Below are positions 49,866-59,024 of a stretch of 64,000 nucleotides of DNA, piece by piece. The position numbers and the translations under genes are program-made. How positions within the stretch are numbered: position 1 is the first letter of the stretch; each line of letters begins with the position of its first letter. The DNA is from Gemmatimonas sp. (GTDB lineage: Bacteria; Gemmatimonadota; Gemmatimonadetes; Gemmatimonadales; Gemmatimonadaceae): NCBI GenBank assembly GCA_031414535.1, contig JANNVQ010000007.1:1-64000 (forward strand), read 5' to 3'. Below the pieces are notes generated by a model. It searched no databases. It was not told the DNA's origin and saw nothing but the letters and a program-made list of their open reading frames with translations.

Positions 49866-51166
49866 CGGGCGCCTCCCGCTGCCACGCCGGCGGAAGAACC
49901 TTCATGCTCCAACACGTCAATGAAATCGTACGAGGGATACACGGGCATCGGGAGGGACTCGCGGACGGCGATGAAGGACTCGTCGTCCAGAAAGATGCCG
50001 TCCTGATTGATGGTCTCGGCGGGAATCAGCGCGAGATCGAGGTCGGTACGGTCGGTGAGCGCGCGACGAATGTCGGCTCCCACGAGGAGGCCAGCAGTTG
50101 TCACGGTAGGACCGAAAAGAGAATTCGTCGTTGCAATCATTTCAAACTCGGCGCCCGTCTGGGCGCGCAACTGCTCGAGCAGCGGTGGCATCAGCGTATG
50201 CATCGCGGTGCCCGTCACAATCCCGATCTTCCGACCATCAAGGCGCGGCAAGCGCTTCACGCCATCGCGCACGCGGTCTCGAAGAGACGTCACGGCACCC
50301 ACGCCGTTCTCAATCTGCGAGAAGTCTCCATAGTGAGCGGCCAGCGGCAGTTCGCGCTCCGCCAACAGATAGAGCTCGTCCGACCCATATACCCACACTT
50401 CGCCGCGCTCCTTCTGCGCCTTCGCCGACCAGCGCTCGGCCGTCTCGAGAATTGCCCGGGCATTCTCGCGATCCATGGACTTGCCGGTGTAGATGTGCGA
50501 AAACTGCGTCAGGCCCACCGGCACGAGAGCCACGCTCAGACAGTTTTCGCCGAAGTTGTAGAGGTCACGCAGCGAGGCTTCGAGCACCTCGCCGTCGTTG
50601 AGCCCCGGCACCACGACCATCTGGCCGTGGAACTGGATGCCACCGTCGGTGAGCAAGGTGAGCTGCTCAAGGATGTTGGGCACGCGCGGATTGTTGAGCA
50701 GCACCTTGCGGGCTTCCCACGGCGTGGCGTGCACCGAGACGTAGAGCGGCGAGAGCCTGTACTCGAGGATGCGCGCGATGTCGCGCTCCTTCAAGTTCGA
50801 GAGCGTCGCAAAGTTGCCGTAGGCGAACGAGAGGCGGTAGTCGTCGTCGCGAATGTACAGGCCCTTTCGCAGGCCCTTCGGCAATCCCTCGATGAAGCAG
50901 AACTCGCAGCGATTGGCGCAGCGCCGCACGTTCGGTGGCTCGAGTTCAAGCCCCATCGGCTCCCCGCCCTCGCGCTCGATCTCGAACACGACGTGCTCGC
51001 CGTCCGTCAGCTTCGCCTCAAGCTCAAAGGCGTCATCTGCCGTCAAAAACTCCCAATCGAGGAAGTCTTCCAAGGCGCGCCCGTCCACGCTCAGCAGTTC
51101 CGTACCGGGGGTGATCCCCAGCTCGGCGGCAATGCTATCGGGGTGGACCTTACTGACGCGGACCAT
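49862..51166 (-). CDS. PDZ plus radical SAM DUF512 protein
   Basis: N-terminal PDZ-like segment, CANRCEFC (CX3CX2C), DDDYRLSF, SPLYVSVH and QIENGVG motifs. Confidence 0.85.
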   Translation of the reverse strand: MVRVSKVHPDSIAAELGITPGTELLSVDGRALEDFLDWEFLTADDAFELEAKLTDGEHVVFEIEREGGEPMGLELEPPNVRRCANRCEFCFIEGLPKGLRKGLYIRDDDYRLSFAYGNFATLSNLKERDIARILEYRLSPLYVSVHATPWEARKVLLNNPRVPNILEQLTLLTDGGIQFHGQMVVVPGLNDGEVLEASLRDLYNFGENCLSVALVPVGLTQFSHIYTGKSMDRENARAILETAERWSAKAQKERGEVWVYGSDELYLLAERELPLAAHYGDFSQIENGVGAVTSLRDRVRDGVKRLPRLDGRKIGIVTGTAMHTLMPPLLEQLRAQTGAEFEMIATTNSLFGPTVTTAGLLVGADIRRALTDRTDLDLALIPAETINQDGIFLDDESFIAVRESLPMPVYPSYDFIDVLEHEGSSAGVAAGGAR

Positions 51167-51203
51167 CAGAAAACTCGAGGGCTACTGGGCGACTGACTGA
51201 GAC

Positions 51204-51227
51204 AAAAAAAGCCGCGCGATGCGGCTT
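51204..51227 (-). terminator. Intrinsic terminator-like hairpin
   Basis: Minus strand AAGCCGC-ATCGC-GCGGCTT-TTTTT. Confidence 0.75.
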
Positions 51228-51231
51228 AGAA

Positions 51232-51260
51232 AATGTATGAGCCTAGCACACGGAAGTCAA
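51232..51260 (-). promoter_or_regulatory. Sigma-70-type promoter facing the DUF512-der operon
   Basis: Minus strand TTGACT (51260-51255), 17 nt, TACATT (51237-51232). Confidence 0.65.
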
Positions 51261-51283
51261 TGTGGCTTCGGCACTTGCGCGAC

Positions 51284-52816
51284 CTAGTCCCAGTCCGCGC
51301 CGCGCGCCCTCCAGCTCTCGGGAATGGATACCCTCGGACCCCTCGCGACATAGATGCGAAGGTCACGCTCCTCGGGTACGCCGCGAGGGTCGCCAATCGA
51401 ATCAACCTGCACCACCTCGCGGAACAGTTGAACCAATCCCGGGAGTGCGTCGGGGCCCTCAATGAGAATCGCAATCTCGCCCGTCCGCCCGTAGAGCCCC
51501 CAAGCGTGAAAGTCCCCAGACGTGGAGATGGGATACGGATAGCCGAGGCGCGGCGCGTAGCGGGCAATCGCCCCTGCTTCACCGTAGTTGCTCGCAGAAA
51601 TCACCGTCACGGCTTGATCTGCTGGGCTCAGCGACTTGTAAACGCGCGAGACGGCCTCTGCCTGGGCACGCCAGCCGAGCATATCGGCATAGTCCTGTGG
51701 GAGCTCCAGCCGCTCACCCCAGTTGGTCTTTGTACCTACCCCGAGCCACGCGGCATAGCCGGCCATCTGAGCAGGCGGTAGCACGGGGATCCCGAGCGGT
51801 AGCAGTACCAGTCCACCAACGGCGATTAGCGCCGCGAGTGCGCGCTGCATGTTCACCCCAAGAGTGGCTACGACAATCGCCCCAAGCGCGATGAGCGCCG
51901 GATACGCAGGCGCCACGTAGTACTCTTTCCCGCCCTGCCAGAGGACGAGACCGAGAAGCACCAAGGCGAAGCCCGCGGCAACACGAGCTGGGCCCGCAAG
52001 CGCCTGCGCGTTGCGGCCGCTCGCCGACCACACACCAGCCGCGGCGACGACCACACCGCTGCCCAGCATCAACACTTGGCCCGTGAGCGTCCCAACCAAA
52101 CTTGTCTCCTCGAACTGACCCTCTTTAAGCGCAGCCAGCGACTTCAAGAACGGCCAGTCAAAGTGGATCTGCCCGAAAAGCGTTGGGAGCCCGAGTGCGA
52201 GCGCCATCCCGAGCGCCAACCAGGGCCAGCGAGTGCGCAGCTGCCGACGCAGTTCCGGATGCGCAATCACGACGACTGCGGCCGCGACTCCGTACAAGAG
52301 CACCGAAAACTTCGTGAGAAACCCGAGCCCGAATCCCAGACCCGCGAGCATCCACCACTCCGGGCGCCGCTCGTACACCGCGAGCATCAATGCGCCGACA
52401 GCGATGGTCGCCCACAGTTGATCGAAGATCACGGGCTGGAACAGCGCCGAGGGCCGCAGGAACACCGGCGCCGCAACCAGTGCCATCCAGGCCCACGCCA
52501 TCGCGCGACGGCCACCGCCGAGTCGTTGGAGCAGCCAGAGCACGAAGAGTGTGAGCGCCGCGCCGCCTGCCGCCGCTGGTACGCGCGCAGACCATACGGA
52601 GTCTCCGAAGATCGCAGTACTCAGCGCCGCGACTGCGGGCACCAGCGGCGGGAACTGCATGCGAAGCGCGAGATGATCGCCCATCGCGAAGTACAACAGT
52701 TCATCGCGATGGTATTCCCAACTGGGGTCAATCAGCACCAGCGGTAGCACGAATCGCAGCGCGACCAGCAGGACGATGAAGGTCCAACGCCGGCGTCGAA
52801 CGCGCGCATCTTGCAT
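51284..52816 (-). CDS. GT-C (ArnT/PMT-like) membrane glycosyltransferase
   Basis: YHRDELLY, PPL...ARVP, GLGFLTKFS, KEYYVAPAYP and NYGEAGA motifs; many TM helices. Confidence 0.8.
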   Translation of the reverse strand: MQDARVRRRRWTFIVLLVALRFVLPLVLIDPSWEYHRDELLYFAMGDHLALRMQFPPLVPAVAALSTAIFGDSVWSARVPAAAGGAALTLFVLWLLQRLGGGRRAMAWAWMALVAAPVFLRPSALFQPVIFDQLWATIAVGALMLAVYERRPEWWMLAGLGFGLGFLTKFSVLLYGVAAAVVVIAHPELRRQLRTRWPWLALGMALALGLPTLFGQIHFDWPFLKSLAALKEGQFEETSLVGTLTGQVLMLGSGVVVAAAGVWSASGRNAQALAGPARVAAGFALVLLGLVLWQGGKEYYVAPAYPALIALGAIVVATLGVNMQRALAALIAVGGLVLLPLGIPVLPPAQMAGYAAWLGVGTKTNWGERLELPQDYADMLGWRAQAEAVSRVYKSLSPADQAVTVISASNYGEAGAIARYAPRLGYPYPISTSGDFHAWGLYGRTGEIAILIEGPDALPGLVQLFREVVQVDSIGDPRGVPEERDLRIYVARGPRVSIPESWRARGADWD

Positions 52817-52819
52817 CGC

Positions 52820-54001
52820 TTAGCGGAGCGCGGCTTTCGCCAAGTCGGCAATCTCTCGCAGAGGCCGCTTGAGCTGTTCGGCAACGCGTTGCACATCATC
52901 TGCCTCGGGCTTGGCGCGTCGCGTGCCGTCGGGGAGCGTCACCACCTTGAGAGCGATGTCGTGGCCTTCCACGCGCACGGTCACCATTTCCCGGACCAAC
53001 ACCTGGCGAAACGCCATGTAGCTACGCACGCCGATGCTGGTCGAGTCCTGCAACAAGCGCTCAGCGATCGCATCCGCGTCGTTGGGTCCCGTGATTGCCT
53101 CAATCCGGGTGCCCGGCCGCCCCTTTTTCATCAGAGTCGGGATGAGCACCACGTCGAGTGCCCCCGCTTCACGCAGGGACTGCGCGACCGCCGCGAGTTC
53201 CTCGCCCGTGGCATCGTCCACATCCGCCGTCACCACAAAGACCATCTCGTGCTCCGAGTGGCCAGCGTCGGTCAACTCCGGCTCCGAGGAACCCAAGATG
53301 ATTCGCAGGGCGTTCGCCCGATTCGGAAAATCCTTCGTGCCCGCCCCGAAACCACTGCGGGTCGGTGTGTACTCCGACGGCGGCGTCCCCTCGCTCAGCA
53401 CGCGCACGAGTGCGGCACCTGTTGGCGTGACAAGTTCACCCGAACCTTCGGGCCCAGGACTGACCCTCAGCCCTTCCAGTAGCCTGAGTGTCGCCGCAGT
53501 GGGCACCGCCATGCGCCCATGCTGCGTCTCCACGAAGCCATCGCCGAGCGGGATCGTGCCGCAGTACACCTTCTCGACGCCCAGCGTCTCAAGGCCCCAG
53601 ATGGTCCCGACGATGTCGAGGATGGCATCCACACTGCCGACCTCATGGAGATGCACGCGCTCCACCGTCGTCCCGTGAATCGCGGCTTCGCACTCGGTGA
53701 TGAGCGTGAAGCAGCGAATCGCCTTCTCCTTGACACTCGCCGGGGCGGATGTGGCCTCGACGATGGCCTTGAGGTGTTTCAGGTGCCGCCCGTGGGGCTG
53801 CGGTGGGATACTGAAGTCCACCTTCTTGCAGGCAATCTGACCGCGACTGACACTGGTGATGTGCACGCCAACGTCCGCGATTCCCAGCGCCGCAGGCAGC
53901 TCGTTGACGAATGTCTCAGGGAGTCCGAGGTCCAACAGGGCGCCGAGGCACATGTCCCCGGCGATGCCAGACATGGGGTCCAGAATAGCGATGCGCGTCA
54001 T
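52820..54001 (-). CDS. larC: Nickel-pincer cofactor biosynthesis protein LarC
   Basis: GIAGDMCLGAL, EAAIHG...VHLHEVGSVDAILDI, ELVTPTGAA, MKKGRPG and KPEADD motifs. Confidence 0.9.
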   Translation of the reverse strand: MTRIAILDPMSGIAGDMCLGALLDLGLPETFVNELPAALGIADVGVHITSVSRGQIACKKVDFSIPPQPHGRHLKHLKAIVEATSAPASVKEKAIRCFTLITECEAAIHGTTVERVHLHEVGSVDAILDIVGTIWGLETLGVEKVYCGTIPLGDGFVETQHGRMAVPTAATLRLLEGLRVSPGPEGSGELVTPTGAALVRVLSEGTPPSEYTPTRSGFGAGTKDFPNRANALRIILGSSEPELTDAGHSEHEMVFVVTADVDDATGEELAAVAQSLREAGALDVVLIPTLMKKGRPGTRIEAITGPNDADAIAERLLQDSTSIGVRSYMAFRQVLVREMVTVRVEGHDIALKVVTLPDGTRRAKPEADDVQRVAEQLKRPLREIADLAKAALR

Positions 54002-54025
54002 GCGGGAAATCTAACGCGCACTCAT

Positions 54026-54439
54026 ATGGACTCGCCGCCGCTCGCCGACCATCTTCCTGCTGTGAGCGCAACTCCCTATGAACTCATCGGCGGCGACGCG
54101 GCGGTACGTAGCCTAGTCGATCGCTTTTACGACCTCATGGACAGCGCTCCAGAGGCCAAGGAAGTCCGCGAGCTACACGCGGCGAGCCTCAAGGTTTCCC
54201 GTGACAAACTGTACATGTATCTCACCGGTTGGCTCGGCGGACCTCAGTTGTACACGGACCGCTACGGCCATCCCATGCTGCGGGCTCGGCACATGCCATT
54301 TGCCATTGCGGAGCGCGAACGTGACCAGTGGCTGTGGTGCATGGAGACGGCAGTGGCCGAGCACGCCATGCCCGAGGAGGTCAAGGGGTTTTTGCGCAGC
54401 AAGCTGCGCCCCCTTGCCGATCACATGCGAAACCGATGA
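54026..54439 (+). CDS. Group II truncated hemoglobin (start may be GTG at 54062)
   Basis: YELIGG, LVDRFYDLM, GWLGGPQLY, GHPMLRARHMPFAI, RDQWL and ADHMRN motifs. Confidence 0.9.
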   Translation: MDSPPLADHLPAVSATPYELIGGDAAVRSLVDRFYDLMDSAPEAKEVRELHAASLKVSRDKLYMYLTGWLGGPQLYTDRYGHPMLRARHMPFAIAERERDQWLWCMETAVAEHAMPEEVKGFLRSKLRPLADHMRNR

Positions 54440-55872
54440 CGTGCCGCGTTCTCTTCTCGCTCAGCCTCTTGCTGGTGGCGGGAGGGCGCGCAGCCTCCGC
54501 TCAGCGTCTTGAGGGACTCATCCGCGCGCCAAACGGCGCCGCCGCCGCCGGCGTGGTGCTCACCGCAAAGGACAACAGCGGGGCGCGCATCGGGCAGACA
54601 GTCACGCGAGACGATGGACGATACCTGCTCTTTCTTGAGTACGCTGGCACGGCGCGCATCGAAGCCAAGCGCGTCGGCTTCTCGCGTGAGACGCTCGGCG
54701 AGCGAACTGTGGAGTCCACAGGCGTCACGAGCTTCGACGCACAACTCGCCAGCCGTCGCGTCGACTTGCCCGATGAACTGCCTCGCGGCGCCGCCACCTG
54801 CGACCGCAACCAGCGCAATAAGCGAGTGGCCGACGCGCTCTACGATGAGATTGTCACGGCCGTGACGGCGGCTCGGTTTCGCATCGGTCGCTCTGACGTG
54901 CAAGGCCGCTGGGTGATGTCGCAGTACCGCATCGCGAAGCGCAGCGACGACACGTTGCGGGCCGCCCTGCGACGCGCGAGCGGCTCCCTACCCCAGCTCT
55001 TCCCTCCGGTCAGCACGGAGCGACTCGAGGAGGTCGGCTTCTTCGCCACCGTGGGTGGCGATCGCAGCTTCTACGCGCCTGACCTCGAGATTATCGCGAC
55101 ACCGTGGTTCGTCGAGACACACTGCGTGCGCGTGCGGCGCATTGACGAGGACTCGCTCGTGTTGTCGTTCGAGCCTCTGCGTCAGCGCAAAGGCATGGTG
55201 GACGTCGCCGGCGAGTTCACGCTCGCGTGGCCGTCGCTCGCACTGCTGCACATGAACTTCAGGTACGTGGATTTGCCGGAGACAGAGCGAGAGTCAGGCT
55301 CGGGGGGCCGGCTACGGTTTGCTCGGACGCCGAGTGGCGGTTGGCTCGTCACCGATTGGAGCCAGCGCACGCCATTTCTCAATTACTTCACTGGCGAGGG
55401 CAACACGACACTCGTCCGTTCGCAGATGACTCGCGTAGATGTCGTCGCGCACTTCCTGACCGGTGGACGCATGCTCGCGGTGTCGGACAGCGGTGGCACA
55501 CGTTTTCAGCGCGATCCACATGGTGCACGGGTGGCTGGTACAGCCTTCGCACCGCTCTGCCCCGAACGCACCACGATTCAACCCACGGCCGCCGCCCGCG
55601 GACGCTTCATGAAAGATTCCACGAACCTGCCTCTGGCCGGCACCGTGATTCGCGCCTCATGGACCACGCCCGTCATCGTGAATCGCACCGAACTGCAAGA
55701 ACGCGAAGAAGTCCGCGAAACCACGACGGACGAGAATGGTGCCTGGGCGCTGTGCGACATTCCCCTCGAGCGCGACGTCATCATTCGCTGGGAAGCCGGT
55801 GATGCCGAGCGGCGCATCCCACTGCGCGTGGCACAGCCGTTCAGCGTGACGGAAGTCCGTCAGCCACGCTGA
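54436..55872 (+). CDS. Exported protein with carboxypeptidase-regulatory-like (transthyretin-fold) domains
   Basis: Signal peptide; TRDDGRY...AKRVGF at the N-terminus and TTDENGAWALCDIP at the C-terminus. Confidence 0.6.
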   Translation: MTCRVLFSLSLLLVAGGRAASAQRLEGLIRAPNGAAAAGVVLTAKDNSGARIGQTVTRDDGRYLLFLEYAGTARIEAKRVGFSRETLGERTVESTGVTSFDAQLASRRVDLPDELPRGAATCDRNQRNKRVADALYDEIVTAVTAARFRIGRSDVQGRWVMSQYRIAKRSDDTLRAALRRASGSLPQLFPPVSTERLEEVGFFATVGGDRSFYAPDLEIIATPWFVETHCVRVRRIDEDSLVLSFEPLRQRKGMVDVAGEFTLAWPSLALLHMNFRYVDLPETERESGSGGRLRFARTPSGGWLVTDWSQRTPFLNYFTGEGNTTLVRSQMTRVDVVAHFLTGGRMLAVSDSGGTRFQRDPHGARVAGTAFAPLCPERTTIQPTAAARGRFMKDSTNLPLAGTVIRASWTTPVIVNRTELQEREEVRETTTDENGAWALCDIPLERDVIIRWEAGDAERRIPLRVAQPFSVTEVRQPR

Positions 55873-55881
55873 ACGCACCGT

Positions 55882-57024
55882 CTACCAGCGATAGCTGGCG
55901 CCTGAGCCCGTGTTGAAAACGACAACCTCGGCATCGGCACGCAGCCGTCCTGCGGCCACTAACTGACGCGCGGCTTCGAGCGCGGCCCCACCTTCCGGTG
56001 CCGCATCAATGCCGCTCTTACTCGCCAAAAGGAACGTGCCGCTGCGAATGCGCGCTTCGCTCACCGCTTCCGCCTCGCCGGCGCTCTCGCGCAAGGTTCG
56101 TAACGTGAGCCGGTCACCCAAAGGACCCGGAACGCGCAAGCCACTGGCGTGCGTAGTAGGATCTGGCCATGGAGTGGCCTTCTCCTCTCCGGCTTGGAAT
56201 GCCTTCACGAGGGGCGCACATCCATCCGCCTGCGCAATGATCATGCGCGGACGCGCCGTGTCGGCCGGAAGCCATCCCCAAGCGATCATCTCGTTGATGG
56301 CCTTCCAAATGCCAATCGTCCCTTCTCCGCCACCAGTAGGATAGACGATGGCATCGGGCAACCTCCAACCCAGCTGCTCAGCCATCTCGTAGCCCATGGT
56401 CTTCATCCCCTCCACGCGGTACGGCTCGCGCACGGTGGCGACATTGAAGTACCCGCTCTGAGTGGCGAATGCGATCGTCGCCTTGCCGCAATCACCAATG
56501 TGCCCGGGAAGCAGCACGAGATCAGCGCCGAGCGCGCGAATGGATCCCAGAATGGGCGGCGGCGTCGTCTCCGGAGCAAAGATGCGGCAAGGCATCCCGG
56601 CGGCGGCGGCGTAGGCGGCGAGTGCGATGCCGGCATTGCCCGCCGTCGGCACGCACACGCCAGGCAAGTTGAGCGCCTTGGCGCGCGTAACGGCCATCAT
56701 CAACCCGCGCGCCTTGAAGCTTGCGGTGGGATTCAGTCCCTCATCCTTCACCCAAAGCCGTCGCACGCCAATCTCCGTGGCAAGATGCGGCAGTTCAATT
56801 AACGGCGTCATGCCCTCGCCGAGTGTGATTGCGCGCTCGCCTGCCTGCAATGGCAATGCGGCGCCGTACCGCCACAGACTCGCCTCTGCCGTGACCGCAG
56901 CACGCGGCACGGCATTGGGATACTGCACCAGCAACGGCTGACCACAGGACGGGCAGAGCGACGCGAGACGCGCGCCGTCAGGCTGGGTGTAGGAGCAAAC
57001 GGAGCAGCTGAGGGACCAAGTCAT
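55882..57024 (-). CDS. thrC: Threonine synthase (fold-type II PLP enzyme)
   Basis: CxxC...CxxC N-terminus, TLGEGMTPL, NPTASFKARG, TAGNAG, EGMKTMGYE and YPTGGG motifs. Confidence 0.85.
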   Translation of the reverse strand: MTWSLSCSVCSYTQPDGARLASLCPSCGQPLLVQYPNAVPRAAVTAEASLWRYGAALPLQAGERAITLGEGMTPLIELPHLATEIGVRRLWVKDEGLNPTASFKARGLMMAVTRAKALNLPGVCVPTAGNAGIALAAYAAAAGMPCRIFAPETTPPPILGSIRALGADLVLLPGHIGDCGKATIAFATQSGYFNVATVREPYRVEGMKTMGYEMAEQLGWRLPDAIVYPTGGGEGTIGIWKAINEMIAWGWLPADTARPRMIIAQADGCAPLVKAFQAGEEKATPWPDPTTHASGLRVPGPLGDRLTLRTLRESAGEAEAVSEARIRSGTFLLASKSGIDAAPEGGAALEAARQLVAAGRLRADAEVVVFNTGSGASYRW

Positions 57025-57033
57025 TGAGATGGG

Positions 57034-57054
57034 GACGGATGACGGATGACGGAT
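57034..57054 (-). repeat. Heptamer repeat, copy 5 (half element)
   Basis: (GACGGAT)x3 on +, i.e. (ATCCGTC)x3 on the thrC sense strand, 9 nt before its ATG. Confidence 0.85.
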
Positions 57055-57074
57055 GCAAAACGCGTACGGTGTTG

Positions 57075-59024
57075 CTACTGGATTGGGTCTTGAGACGTTG
57101 GTTCTTGCGATCTTGGTTCTTGAGACCCTGATTCTTCCGACTGTGAGTCTTTTGAATCGGGGTCGCCCGCAGCTTCGCTGGCCGCTGCCACCGTTGGCGC
57201 CAACGGCACGCCTAGTCCCTCGAGCAACTTGCGAGCACTGGCGTCGCTGAAGCCTTCGAGCGCGGCCACCTGCTCAAGGCTCGCCTCCTTCACGCCCTGC
57301 AAGGAGCCAAAGGCCTGCAACAATGCGCGCCGCTTCACGGGGCCGACGCCGGGCAGCTTGAGAAGTTCGCTCGTCACCGTGCGCATCGTACGCCGCTTGC
57401 GGTTGTACGTCACGGCGCTGCGATGCGCCTCATCGCGAATCTGTTGCAAGAGGCGCAAGGCCGCTGAGCGCCGCGGGAGCCGCAGCGACTCACGCTTTCC
57501 CCGCGAAAAAATCTCCTCTTCGCGCTTCGCCAGCCCAATGAGCGGTAGCGCGCCGAGGCCCAACGCCTGAAGCGCTTCATCGGCCGCACTGAGCTGCCCC
57601 TTGCCGCCGTCCACCACCACGAGGTCCGGCAAAGGGCGCTTCTCGTCGAGGCGGCGGCGGAAGTAGCGCCCTACGACTTCGCGCATGGACTGAAAGTCGT
57701 CCGGTCCCAACGCTTCGTCCACGGTCTTCACCTTCATCGTGCGGTATTCGGCGCGGCGCGGACGCCCGTTCTCAAACCACACGATGCCGCCCACGCTATC
57801 CTTGCCCTGCGACGTGGAGTTGTCGAAGCAGATGATGGAGCGCGGCAGCTTCTCTAGTCCCAAGGCCTGGCCCAGCTCGTAGACGGGATCGGCCGCACGC
57901 TCGTCCGTTTCCTGCTCGGCAAGCTTGAACTCTTCGAGCAGGTGCCTCGCGTTCTGCTCCGCGAGGTCGAGAAGATCGCGCTTAGGACCGCGCTGCGGGA
58001 TCAAGAGCTTGGCTTCGCCCTTCAAGGCCTCTTCGAAGAGCGGTCGATCCTCGAAGTCAAACGGAATCAGCAGCTCGCGCGCCCGAGCCGGCGCCTTGAG
58101 ATAGGCGCTCACTAAGTATGTGGAGAGCACATCACCATCGGGCTCGCCTTCTACGCCTTCCAGAAAGCGATGTTCGCGCGCCACCAACTTTCCGGTACGA
58201 ATACGCAGCAGCGTGGCCGCCGCGTCATCGCCGTCCCGGGCGTAGCCAATCACGTCGCGGTCTCCGCCTTCCACCTCGGCCACCACGCTCGGCTCTTCCA
58301 TTCGCTGCAACTTCGCGATGGCATCGCGCAACTCGGCAGCGCGTTCGAACTCCATCGCCTCGGCGGCGGCATCCATCAGGCTGCGTACGCGCTTCACCAC
58401 ATCGTCGGTCTTGCCGTCGAGGAAGGTCAGCACCTCGTCAATCATGGCCGCGTACTCACGCTGCGACTGTGCGAAGATGCAGGGGGCCTTGCAGCGGCCG
58501 ATGTGGTAGTCGAGACAGGCGCGCTCGGGCATCTCGGACGGCATATCGTAGCGGCAGGATCGCACAGTGAAGATGCGCTTTACCACATCGAGCGCGCGGC
58601 GCATGGCGGTGACGTCTGTATACGGTCCGAAGTACCGCGCCCCATCGCTCTGCAGTCGGCGCGTCACGAACACCCGCGGATACGGCTCTTGGACCGTGAC
58701 CTTGATGTACGGATAGGTCTTGTCGTCCCGTAACATCACGTTGTACTTGGGACGATGCTCCTTGATGAGGTTGTTCTCAAGGATGAGCGCGCTGGCCTCG
58801 TCGGGTACGACGATGGTCTCGACATCGGCAATCTGCTCGACGAGACGCCGCGTCTTGGGATTATCCCAATGCTCGGACGCGAAGTAGCTACGCACACGGG
58901 GCCGCAGACGCTTGGCCTTGCCCACATATAACACCGTGCCGTCTGCCGCTCTCCAGAGGTAGACGCCCGGCGTTTCGGGCAAATGCGCAAGCTTCTGCGC
59001 AACCCGTTCAGGCGCTTCGGGCAC
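57075..59024 (-). CDS. uvrC: Excinuclease ABC subunit C
   Basis: GVY...YVGKAKRLR GIY-YIG domain, FERAAELRD, VDGGKGQ, RDEAHR and HhH motifs. Confidence 0.96.
   Translation of the reverse strand: MPEAPERVAQKLAHLPETPGVYLWRAADGTVLYVGKAKRLRPRVRSYFASEHWDNPKTRRLVEQIADVETIVVPDEASALILENNLIKEHRPKYNVMLRDDKTYPYIKVTVQEPYPRVFVTRRLQSDGARYFGPYTDVTAMRRALDVVKRIFTVRSCRYDMPSEMPERACLDYHIGRCKAPCIFAQSQREYAAMIDEVLTFLDGKTDDVVKRVRSLMDAAAEAMEFERAAELRDAIAKLQRMEEPSVVAEVEGGDRDVIGYARDGDDAAATLLRIRTGKLVAREHRFLEGVEGEPDGDVLSTYLVSAYLKAPARARELLIPFDFEDRPLFEEALKGEAKLLIPQRGPKRDLLDLAEQNARHLLEEFKLAEQETDERAADPVYELGQALGLEKLPRSIICFDNSTSQGKDSVGGIVWFENGRPRRAEYRTMKVKTVDEALGPDDFQSMREVVGRYFRRRLDEKRPLPDLVVVDGGKGQLSAADEALQALGLGALPLIGLAKREEEIFSRGKRESLRLPRRSAALRLLQQIRDEAHRSAVTYNRKRRTMRTVTSELLKLPGVGPVKRRALLQAFGSLQGVKEASLEQVAALEGFSDASARKLLEGLGVPLAPTVAAASEAAGDPDSKDSQSEESGSQEPRSQEPTSQDPIQ
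57081..57125 (-). repeat. Three imperfect 15-nt tandem repeats in the uvrC tail
   Basis: TCTCAAGAACCAAGA / TCGCAAGAACCAACG / TCTCAAGACCCAATC encode SQEPR-SQEPT-SQDPI. Confidence 0.7.

Noticed and set aside
49844..51196. Long antisense ORFs (e.g. 49844-51196, 62163-63557, 15313-16395)
   Set aside because: They mirror well-supported genes on the opposite strand, as expected in GC-rich DNA, and show no protein motifs.
52820..54001. Programmed frameshift in larC as in Lactobacillus
   Set aside because: Both LarC halves are in one continuous frame here.
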